Source: Opitutia bacterium (GTDB taxonomy: Bacteria > Verrucomicrobiota > Verrucomicrobiia > Opitutales > Opitutaceae). From it: DNA of 64,000 nt. Within the stretch, counting starts at the first letter, position 1. The number at the start of each line of letters is the position of its first letter. Shown here piece after piece: positions 18,731 through 26,966 of this stretch. The DNA lies in the NCBI GenBank assembly GCA_947478395.1, contig CANJVR010000002.1:640001-704000 (forward strand), written 5' to 3'. A program made the translations under genes and the position numbers. The notes below the pieces were generated by a model that saw only the letters and a program-made list of their open reading frames with translations, made no database searches and was not told the origin of the DNA.

Positions 18731-21547
18731 TTACTTGTTACCGTCGTTGCCGCCGCGCGTGCGGGCCTCGGCGCTGGCCGGAGTGACGATCGTCGGATTC
18801 TGAAAGAGTGAATTCGCCGGCGTGCTCTTCAGGTTCTGCTTCTTTGGCGAACCGCCCGGACTCACGAGATTCGCTGTAACAAAGATCAGCAAATTGCGCT
18901 TCTGCGAACTCTCGCCCTTCGAGCGGAAAAGCCGGCCGACGAGCGGGAGGTCGCCGAAGAACGGCACTTTATCGTTCACCTTCTTCACTTCCTCACGCGT
19001 GAGCCCGCCCATGACGAGCGTGGCGCCGTCCCAGATCGTGACCTTCGTCGTGATTTCGCGAACCGAGAAAATCGGCTGATAAAAGCCGGGGGGCACCGTG
19101 ACCGTCGTGCCGGAGGAAATCGCGACGCTCGGGCCACCGTATTCCACGAAGCCTTCGAACTCGGTGACCTTTGGGTTCAAATCCAAGCTGATGGAGTAAC
19201 CGTCTTCCTCAACGGTGGGTGTGACTTTCATTTCCACGCCGACGTTGCGGCTCGTGAATTCCTGCGGCGTGCCTGCGGTGATCGTGACGCCCGCGCTGCC
19301 CGTGCCGGTGCCGCTGGAAGAACCGACTTGGCTCTGGATTTCTCCGTAGCTCTGCGGATAACGCAGCTCCTGCGCGATCGTGATGTTCGCCGGATTACCT
19401 GAGAGCACCGTGACTTTCGGCGAACTCAGCAGATCGCTACCCTGCTTTTGCGAAAGCGCGCGGACCACGGCCGAGACGTCGAACTCGCCGACGAAACCCG
19501 TGATACTGGCAAGCGCACTGGCTGTGCTGGCTAGGGACACACCGCCAGGAATTAAACTTGGAGCAACGGGTATGGAAAGACTGGTGGCCGGGGATGCACT
19601 TACTCCGGTAGTCGAATTGGCCGCAATTGCCGCGGTATTGATGTTAAGGCTATTGCCATTCGAACTGCTAGGAAAAGCACCCGATAGCGAACGATTCACC
19701 CCATCCGTACCGTACGTTTCCTGCGGGGTGAAGACCTGGCGTCCGTTGCTATCGAGCACCGGTGCGCCGGTGGTCGGATTGACCTGCGGCACGCCACGGC
19801 GGGAAAGATTCCATTTCACGCCGAGTTCCTCGAGCGCGCCTTCCTGGACCTCCATGAACTTCGATTCGATCTCGACCTGGCGAACGTCGTTGTAGCGATT
19901 CAGAATGTTGCGGATGCGCTCCACGTTGCGCGCCGTCTGCGTGACGATGATCGCCGATCCGTCATACGCGAGGCTGCTGCCCTCGGGCGAAAAACTCACG
20001 CCCGCCTGCTGCAAAAATCCCCGCATCGAGGCGGCTTCACCCACCGTCGACGATGACTCCGCCGCGCCACTCGAGGCGTCGGGCTTGCCGCCGCCGATCC
20101 CCGTCATGCGCAGGACCGTCGCGCGCGTGATCGGGAAAAACGCCGTCTCCAACGTGCTGGTCTCGCCGCCGGGACGCACAATCACCGCGTCGGCCTGGAC
20201 CTCATACTGGTAGCCGGCCGCCTCGGTCACGAAATCGAGCACGCGTTTCAACGAAGCGTTACGCAGCGTCAGCGTGACCGTCGGATTTTTATTCGTGGGA
20301 TCGAGCAGCACGATATTGACGCCCTTGGGCGTGGAACCCGTGCGATCGTACTCTTCAGACGATGCACTCAGGGCCGCCACGACCTGACCGATCTCGGCGC
20401 GGGTGAAGCTCACGCTGGGGAGCACGATGTCGTTAAGTTTCTTCGCGAGCGGCGCGACGGCGGCGGAAGCGTCGGTTTCGCGCGCGCGCTCCTGATAGAT
20501 ACCAGGACGCTGCCAGCCCTTCGCCACTTCCTCGAGCAGTTGCGTGCGGGTCTTCTCGCGGTTCAACGCGCCCGTCTCCGCTTTTTCGCCCGCAATGCGG
20601 AGCAGAAATCCCTTCGCAACGGTGTTGTCGGGGGCCTGCGCCTCGACCGCCCGAAACGTCTCCTGCGCGCCGTCGATGTCGCCGGACACATATTGCGCGC
20701 GACCTTTCGCGATGAGTTGTTCCGTCGCAGCACGCTCGGCGAGAAACGTGGCGTCCGCGCCGTCGCGGGACGGGGTCGCCCCGCCTCCACTATTGCTGGA
20801 TGCCGGGCGCGCGAGCTGCCGGGAAATCCCGGCGGCGCGGCTGCTGTTGGGTTCCAAAGCGGTGGCCGCGGCCAGCGTGGCGCGAGCGCCATCCGCATCG
20901 CCCTGCGAGAGCTGGGCCTGCGCTTGGTCGTAAAGATAGGACGCTTTGTCGCGCTTCAAATCGGCGATGGATTTTTGCGTGAGCGAATTGGACGGGAGCG
21001 AGGCCAGGGCGACATCGATTCTCGCGAGTGCGAGATCGAGCTGTCCCTTGCGCGCTTCGGCGCGGGCGGCGTCTTGCTGGGGTTTCACGTCGGCGATCAA
21101 GCCGTTGATCCGGCGAGTCTCACCCGCGGCCAAGGCGTCGGCTTCGGCCTCGGCATTCATGACCGGCTGACCCGGCTCCGGGATCTTGACGTCAATCATC
21201 ACCGGCGCCGCCGCCGTGGACGCTGGCGCGGGCGGCGGATTAAAGGGCGCCTCGGCCGCACGGGCCACGGCGGCCTCGCGCTTTTTTTCCAAGGCGGCGA
21301 TCTCGGCGCGCAGGCGCCCGACTGAGGGATCGGTGGGCGCGAGGGCCGCGACCTGATCAAGTGCGCGGTTCGCGCCCGGAAAGTCACCCGCGTCACGGGC
21401 GCGCAGCACCTCGGCCATGAGCCTGATTTTCTTATCCGCCGTCGCGTCTTGCGCGGCGAGGCGAACACCCGGCAGAGCCAAGGCCGCGACGAACGTGAGC
21501 GCGGCGAGCAGGGCAAAAAGCGACTTGGGCAACAGGATTTTTTTCAT
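18731..21547 (-). CDS. Outer-membrane secretin (GspD/PilQ-like, Amuc_1098-like) with TPR-like N-terminal region
   Basis: Signal peptide; QVEIESKFMEV, LLSSPKVTVLSG, GVEMKVTP, TLVMGGL, KVPFFGDLPLVGRLF, NLLIFVT. Confidence 0.9.
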   Translation of the reverse strand: MKKILLPKSLFALLAALTFVAALALPGVRLAAQDATADKKIRLMAEVLRARDAGDFPGANRALDQVAALAPTDPSVGRLRAEIAALEKKREAAVARAAEAPFNPPPAPASTAAAPVMIDVKIPEPGQPVMNAEAEADALAAGETRRINGLIADVKPQQDAARAEARKGQLDLALARIDVALASLPSNSLTQKSIADLKRDKASYLYDQAQAQLSQGDADGARATLAAATALEPNSSRAAGISRQLARPASSNSGGGATPSRDGADATFLAERAATEQLIAKGRAQYVSGDIDGAQETFRAVEAQAPDNTVAKGFLLRIAGEKAETGALNREKTRTQLLEEVAKGWQRPGIYQERARETDASAAVAPLAKKLNDIVLPSVSFTRAEIGQVVAALSASSEEYDRTGSTPKGVNIVLLDPTNKNPTVTLTLRNASLKRVLDFVTEAAGYQYEVQADAVIVRPGGETSTLETAFFPITRATVLRMTGIGGGKPDASSGAAESSSTVGEAASMRGFLQQAGVSFSPEGSSLAYDGSAIIVTQTARNVERIRNILNRYNDVRQVEIESKFMEVQEGALEELGVKWNLSRRGVPQVNPTTGAPVLDSNGRQVFTPQETYGTDGVNRSLSGAFPSSSNGNSLNINTAAIAANSTTGVSASPATSLSIPVAPSLIPGGVSLASTASALASITGFVGEFDVSAVVRALSQKQGSDLLSSPKVTVLSGNPANITIAQELRYPQSYGEIQSQVGSSSGTGTGSAGVTITAGTPQEFTSRNVGVEMKVTPTVEEDGYSISLDLNPKVTEFEGFVEYGGPSVAISSGTTVTVPPGFYQPIFSVREITTKVTIWDGATLVMGGLTREEVKKVNDKVPFFGDLPLVGRLFRSKGESSQKRNLLIFVTANLVSPGGSPKKQNLKSTPANSLFQNPTIVTPASAEARTRGGNDGNK

Positions 21548-22395
21548 GGCGAAGAGGAAGCGGGAGATTCGGTGGGATCGAAGCGGACCGGCAACGTGCG
21601 CCGTTCCGGCAACTCGAGCGTAGGCGCGGTCTTGGTGATTTCGATGGCGGCGGGATCAAGCACGATTTTTTCGATCCGGTAGTTCGCATCGCCAATTTTA
21701 AACACGTCGCCGACCCGCACTTCGCGAGTCGCGGTTTCACCCGTGGACGCAACGAGCGCGAACATATTGCCGGAAAAATGCCGCTCGCGTTGCGTGAGCG
21801 TTACGTCCTGCCGCGACTGTTCGTCGTGAATCACTGCGGTCGCGACGCGTTGGTTCACCGTCATGCTTTCGGGCAGCGTGATGCCCTCGCGGCGCACGCC
21901 GAAAGCTTTCACGGTCAGCGCGAGATTCGGCACGCGCCGGCCGGCGGCCGCGAGAAAGATTTCACCGCTCATCCGGTTTTCAAACACGCCCCGCGCATCG
22001 GCGTCTTCGCCGACGTAGCCGATGAGTTGCAGGCGGAACGGATCGCGTTTCACCGCGACCAGCTCGACGCCGAAGGGCAACTCCGGCGTGTCGTCTCCGA
22101 CGCCGAGAGGGGGCTTTACCGCGAATTGGCGCGTGCGGGGACTATAGAAGATTTCCGGCGGGGTGAAAACGTCGTACACCCATTCGCGACCGCGGGCCAG
22201 CGGCGCCGGCGCATCCCAAACCTCGGCCTTCACCGCCGGTGCATCGACCGCCACCGGCACGTAGATGGGGCCGCTCAACACCGGTCGTCCCACGGGACCA
22301 ACAGACCGCTCGCGCCAAGCCTGCACCCCGCACACCGCCGCGGACGCCAACAGCAAACCGGCGGCAGCTAAGAGAATTTTTTTCGCGGAAGACAT
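21544..22395 (-). CDS. Secretin-associated membrane-anchored protein (Amuc_1099-like; PilP/GspC position)
   Basis: N-terminal hydrophobic anchor; DVFTPP and PFRLQLIGYVG beta-rich segment resemble PilP/GspC HR domains; 4-nt overlap with the secretin gene. Confidence 0.55.
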   Translation of the reverse strand: MSSAKKILLAAAGLLLASAAVCGVQAWRERSVGPVGRPVLSGPIYVPVAVDAPAVKAEVWDAPAPLARGREWVYDVFTPPEIFYSPRTRQFAVKPPLGVGDDTPELPFGVELVAVKRDPFRLQLIGYVGEDADARGVFENRMSGEIFLAAAGRRVPNLALTVKAFGVRREGITLPESMTVNQRVATAVIHDEQSRQDVTLTQRERHFSGNMFALVASTGETATREVRVGDVFKIGDANYRIEKIVLDPAAIEITKTAPTLELPERRTLPVRFDPTESPASSSP

Positions 22396-22401
22396 CGCGG
22401 A

Positions 22402-23460
22402 TCAGGAGGTGGCAGGCGCGGTAGCAGGCGCGGCCGGCGGCGGCAGGAGATCGATGAATTCGACCACCACCGTAAATTTCGAAAGCGCCTTCGGCACGAG
22501 TGGATTTACCGTGGGTGGCTTCGCTTTGGGCGGGACCGTGACGCTAAGTACAACGGAAGACGGCGCGGGCACCGCAGCCTCTTCGGCCGCTGCAGCCGTT
22601 GCGGCTTCTTCGCCGGTCGCGGGCTCGACCTCGACGGCACGCACGATCACCGGCAACTCGAACCCTGCGAGTTTATTGAGGAAAGCGCGCAACGCCGCTG
22701 TCTGCCCCGTGAACACCAGCCGAAACGCCGTGACTTCTACGATGCCAGGTGCGTTGGCGCTCAAGCGCGGGTCGAGAGAGAAGTAGTCGGTCGAGAGTGA
22801 GACGAAGTCTTCGGTCCGAGCGGCAGCCCCCCCCGCCCCATTTTCCGTCGGAGCGGCGGCCGCCGCCGCGAGGGCCTCGGCGCGGGCTTTGCGTTCGTCG
22901 TCCGTGAGCGGGCGTTCGCGCTGGAGGCTCAGCAGCGCCCGCGGCCGCGCGTCGAGGAGCGCATCAACGAGGTACTGCACCACGAGCCGCTGATGAAACA
23001 CCGGAGCGATCAGCGCCGTTTCGGGACCTTCGTTGGCGTAGAGAGAAAAGCCGAAGTGGGCGGCCGCCGGCTGGACGTCGACGCCGAGCCGTTTCGCGCG
23101 ATTGCGGGAATTTTCGATGAACGTCGCCAGGTCGAAAAACGCGTCCGTGCGCGCGGCGGGCGGTTTGGCGGATTTAAATCGCTCCGCGGCCGCGCCCCGA
23201 CCCTGAAGTTCCGCCTGCATCGCGGCGAGCGCGCGATGCGCGCGAGCTAGATCGGCCTCAATTTGGGCGGCGGTTTCGCGCGAAGGTACGGGTCCAACGG
23301 CGGCGAGCTCGGCGAGCGCCGCACGTTTCTGCACCAATTTCTTTTCCGCCGCGCGCATGTCCGAAATCCGCTGCACCATCAGCCCTACCTCACCGACCGC
23401 GACCAGCCCGAGCAGCAGCAGTGCGACCACAAACAGAGGACTTTTTTTCAAGGCAGGCAT
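22402..23460 (-). CDS. Amuc_1100-like pilus-associated protein (PilO/GspM position)
   Basis: N-terminal TM, coiled coil, HFGFSLYANEGP, FRLVFTGQTAALRAFLNKL, PVIVRAVEV; lies between pilM and the secretin. Confidence 0.65.
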   Translation of the reverse strand: MPALKKSPLFVVALLLLGLVAVGEVGLMVQRISDMRAAEKKLVQKRAALAELAAVGPVPSRETAAQIEADLARAHRALAAMQAELQGRGAAAERFKSAKPPAARTDAFFDLATFIENSRNRAKRLGVDVQPAAAHFGFSLYANEGPETALIAPVFHQRLVVQYLVDALLDARPRALLSLQRERPLTDDERKARAEALAAAAAAPTENGAGGAAARTEDFVSLSTDYFSLDPRLSANAPGIVEVTAFRLVFTGQTAALRAFLNKLAGFELPVIVRAVEVEPATGEEAATAAAAEEAAVPAPSSVVLSVTVPPKAKPPTVNPLVPKALSKFTVVVEFIDLLPPPAAPATAPATS

Positions 23461-23468
23461 GCGATCAT

Positions 23469-25169
23469 TTACAGCGGACGCTTCGGACTCACGACCAGCG
23501 TGAAATCGAAGCGCAGCAGGCCGGGTTGGGTGTTATCGAAATGCTCGTTCTCGACGGCGGCGACGAAGGCCGAGCCGGTGAAGCTCGCGAGCAGTTTCTT
23601 GACCCGTTCATTCGATTCCGGGCTCACGTTGGACACCGGATTAGCCACGTCGAGCAGTCGGCCGCTCAAGGTCAGCCTTAATGGCGGAGCCTCGACGGCG
23701 GGTGCCGTACCGGCGGCAGCGTCAGGGGCCGCCGCGGGGACGCTGTCGGAGGAAGGAACAACGATTGAAATTTTCTCGAGCCAGACGTCGCCCACTTTGG
23801 CGAGGCGGCTTTGGAGATCGCCGAGGAAATTGATCCAATTCGCCTTGGTCGCGACGAGGCCATCGATGGCGGCGATCTGCTTTTTGGCTTCTTCGATCCG
23901 GGCAAGATGATCCGCGTTACGCGCTTCGACTGATCGCAGGGGCATCAATTGCGAGTCAGCCTGCGAAATGAACGACTGCACCGCCGCGACGCGTTGGTTA
24001 AAATAAAGGACGGGGGGCAACAGGGCAGCGACCGCGAGGACCGCGGCCGCGAGCAGGACCGGCTGCTGCTTGCGGAAGGCCAGCGTCGCCGTGAGGGCGG
24101 GCGGAAGGAGGCTCGCGTCAGCTACCTCCGAATCGATCAGCGGCACGGCCAGGCCGACGAGATCAGCCAGTAGCGCGGAGACACTCTCCGCGCCCGCGGC
24201 GCGGGCATCGGCGGAGACATCGATGGTCTTGAGTGGCTGGTAACGTTCGACCGGGAGTTTGAGCCGTTCGGCCAGCACCGCGGGCAGTTCGGCGATGAGC
24301 GAACCGCCGCCCGTGAGATAAAGTGTCGCGGGCTGGCCGGTGCCGCTCTGGCGGCGGTGGTTGATCGTGGAGCGATTGATCTCCAGATGCAGGCGCCCGA
24401 TGAATCCGGCCGCGGCCCGTTGCACGGCGGCGCGGGCGGGCGAGGCGTCGGACAAATCGGAGCGCCCGGACAAGACCGAAACCTTCAACCCCTCGGCCTG
24501 CGCGAAATCGATCGCGAGTTCATCGGCGATCGCCTGCGTGACCTGATTGCCGCCGAGCGCGAGGGTGCGGTTGGTAAAACGCTCGCCGTCGAGAAACAAT
24601 AGACTGGTCGAGCGCGCGCCGATGTTGACGAGCACCACGCTGGCGGCCGCGCCGGGCGTGTTGAGCCGGAAGGCCGCGCGCATCGCGAGACAGGCAGGCG
24701 TGGCCCGGTTCACCGCGAAACCGGCCGCGTCGAGGCCAGTGCAGAGCGCGTCCATCGCGTCGAGTTTCACCGCCGCCAGCATGACCTCGAGGTCGAAGCC
24801 ATCGTCCGCAATCACGACGTTATTCCAAACGACCTCGGCCAGCGGGTAGGGAATGTTCTGCGAGGCCTCGAATCGGATGGCCTGCTCCCGCTTGCTGCGA
24901 TCGAGCGCGGGCGCCTTGATGAATTTCGTGAGAGCGAGATGGCCCGGTATCGCCAGCGCCGCGGCGCCCTTGATTTTTTCACGCGCGGCGATGGCTACAA
25001 GCGCCTGCGCCACCTGATCGTTCCACCGCGCTTCGTGCGCCGGATCGGAATCGATGAACTCGAGGGCGAACCGTTGCAGGACGATGCGACCGGTCGCGCC
25101 GAGCCCAAACACGCCGCAGGCGACGTGACCCGCCCCTAAATCAAACGCGAGAATTCGTGAGGAACGCAT
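23469..25169 (-). CDS. pilM: PilM-like actin-fold protein fused to a PilN-like TM/periplasmic domain (Amuc_1101-like)
   Basis: AFDLGAG, FEASQNIPYPL, VNIGARST, LTGGGS; then SLLPP (PilN INLLP-like), TM helix, coiled coil, VWLEKI and LRLTLSG. Confidence 0.8.
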   Translation of the reverse strand: MRSSRILAFDLGAGHVACGVFGLGATGRIVLQRFALEFIDSDPAHEARWNDQVAQALVAIAAREKIKGAAALAIPGHLALTKFIKAPALDRSKREQAIRFEASQNIPYPLAEVVWNNVVIADDGFDLEVMLAAVKLDAMDALCTGLDAAGFAVNRATPACLAMRAAFRLNTPGAAASVVLVNIGARSTSLLFLDGERFTNRTLALGGNQVTQAIADELAIDFAQAEGLKVSVLSGRSDLSDASPARAAVQRAAAGFIGRLHLEINRSTINHRRQSGTGQPATLYLTGGGSLIAELPAVLAERLKLPVERYQPLKTIDVSADARAAGAESVSALLADLVGLAVPLIDSEVADASLLPPALTATLAFRKQQPVLLAAAVLAVAALLPPVLYFNQRVAAVQSFISQADSQLMPLRSVEARNADHLARIEEAKKQIAAIDGLVATKANWINFLGDLQSRLAKVGDVWLEKISIVVPSSDSVPAAAPDAAAGTAPAVEAPPLRLTLSGRLLDVANPVSNVSPESNERVKKLLASFTGSAFVAAVENEHFDNTQPGLLRFDFTLVVSPKRPL

Positions 25170-25220
25170 GCGGGGTGCTGGAAAACGATTTAACTTGAGC
25201 CCTCGCAGCAAGCGGAAACT

Positions 25221-25400
25221 AGGGGGCGCACTGAGAATGTGGTTGTCATGCTTAACGACGGTTCCGCCGGGCATGATCGCGATTCCCTTTAAAATGGGGC
25301 CCTCAAGGCAGAGCACCTCCTCTCTTTTGAACCATCCCTCACTCATTTTATCCGCTTAACCTCAATAATCTTGAGCGCGACCGCACGCTTAGGCCCATCC
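25221..25400 (-). ncRNA. Candidate 6S RNA-like structured ncRNA (strand uncertain)
   Basis: 180-nt intergenic segment folding into one long imperfect hairpin: 25245-25255 pairs with 25371-25381, TCAA (25303-25306) with TTGA (25327-25330), apical AGAG/CTCT stem (25310-25323), unpaired central region. Confidence 0.45.
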
Positions 25401-25479
25401 GAATAAACAACGAGAAAAATTGCCCCAGGACCGCGCGCGGCCTGCAGCCCCATGGGGTTTCGCCTCGGCGCTCAACCTC

Positions 25480-26100
25480 TCACCTTGGAGCTACGGCTTC
25501 CCGCCGCACAAACGACGGCGTGGTCCGCGGATATTCCAGCGCGAACGGCGTGAGGTATTGCGGCTGAAACAAGCCATCGTTGGCCGGCGCAGCCGCGAGC
25601 GCTGAGGCTTGAAAACCTTTGCGGGCGGCATCGTCCGCGAGTGCGATGGCCCAGTTGGCTCGTCCCGCGGCAACCGGCTTACCGCCGACCGCCAGCGCCA
25701 CGCTCCAGAACTTAGGATCGCCGTGGAGTTGATCGCGTTTCACGAGTTCCGGCGGCAGGTAAAAGCGGACCCCAGTCCGACCTGATTCCAACGCCACGCA
25801 CTCGGCCGCGGCCCGGTAGTAATCGACCCGTTTTTCGGACGAGCCGGCCGGCGTCGCTGCGCCGGGTAATTCAAAACCGACGGTCAATTCAACCCCCACC
25901 CGATTAACGGTGCGCCCCGCCACGGGCGTGGCCGCGAGCATGACTTCGGCTTCGAGCCAGGACCCGGAATTTCTAGCCACCGGCGTGACCGTGCGAAACC
26001 GGACCGCGCTGACACTTATATCCTCGGATGCAACGGCAACGCCCGCGAAAACGATCCATGCCAGCAGCCGACCGAGGTTTCGCAGTGAGGAAGGGCGCAC
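25480..26100 (-). CDS. Exported hypothetical protein (Amuc_1102-like position)
   Basis: Signal-peptide-like start from GTG 26100 (MRPSSLRNLGRLLAWIVFAGVAVA); WLEAEV and VRFYLPPELVKR motifs; upstream of pilM. Confidence 0.55.
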   Translation of the reverse strand: MRPSSLRNLGRLLAWIVFAGVAVASEDISVSAVRFRTVTPVARNSGSWLEAEVMLAATPVAGRTVNRVGVELTVGFELPGAATPAGSSEKRVDYYRAAAECVALESGRTGVRFYLPPELVKRDQLHGDPKFWSVALAVGGKPVAAGRANWAIALADDAARKGFQASALAAAPANDGLFQPQYLTPFALEYPRTTPSFVRREAVAPR

Positions 26101-26167
26101 GGAAAAAATGGTTGTCGGAGCTTTTCCCGGCGTCACGTTAATTTCCCTCGCTCGCGTCCTTCACCGC

Positions 26168-26701
26168 ATGATTTCGCCCGCCGCCCCCCTGCTCTCCTAC
26201 AAGATCGCCGTTCTGGTTTTTCTCGAGAACGCCGCAGGCGAACATCTGCTCCTGCTCCGCGCCAAGCCGCCGAATCTCGGCGTGTGGAGCCCTATCGGTG
26301 GAAAATTAGAGACCGCGATCGGCGAATCCCCATTCGAATGCGCCGTGCGTGAAACGGCGGAAGAAACCGGTTTCACCGTAACGGCCGACGACCTGCATCT
26401 CTTCGCGATGATCGCGGAAAAAGACTACGAAGGTCAGTCGCACTGGCTGATGTTTCTGTTTCGATGCAAGCGGCCGATCCCGCATCTTCCTGCAGATATG
26501 GAGGAAGGGAAATTCGGCTTTTTCTCCCGCGCCGCGATCGCCACATTGCCGATTCCCGAGACGGATCGCAGCGCGCTTTGGCCGATCTATGACCAGTACC
26601 GCGACAAGTTTGTCGCGCTGAAAGCCGACTGCGCCCCGGGCCAGCCGGTGAAAGTCGACATCGAGGAAATAACGCCGCGGCCACCGGCGTCGGCCGATTA
26701 G
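26168..26701 (+). CDS. NUDIX hydrolase
   Basis: Nudix box GGKLETAIGESPFECAVRETAEETG. Confidence 0.9.
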   Translation: MISPAAPLLSYKIAVLVFLENAAGEHLLLLRAKPPNLGVWSPIGGKLETAIGESPFECAVRETAEETGFTVTADDLHLFAMIAEKDYEGQSHWLMFLFRCKRPIPHLPADMEEGKFGFFSRAAIATLPIPETDRSALWPIYDQYRDKFVALKADCAPGQPVKVDIEEITPRPPASAD

Positions 26702-26966
26702 AGTTTTTTGGGGGTGGCATTTCGCGTTGTGCGCGATGGGCGGGTCGAAGTCGCCGTCGTGCTCGATGCGACACCTGGAACTCAAGATATTTTTGCCCCG
26801 GAACGCGGGGAGGACACAAAAAAGAGAATCCATTTTCCCGTGGTCGCCGTGGTTTCAGCGAGATCAGAACGGCAAACTCGAAACCCCAAACTGGGGCCGA
26901 ATCCACGCTTGATTTCCCTACCTTCCGACGAAGACTGTTCCACTTTTAACCGCGAAACTATCTCCC

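Noticed and set aside
25170..25346. 59-aa N-terminal extension of PilM in the ORF track
   Set aside because: PilM homology begins at MRSSRILAFDLG; the extension overlaps the structured RNA candidate.
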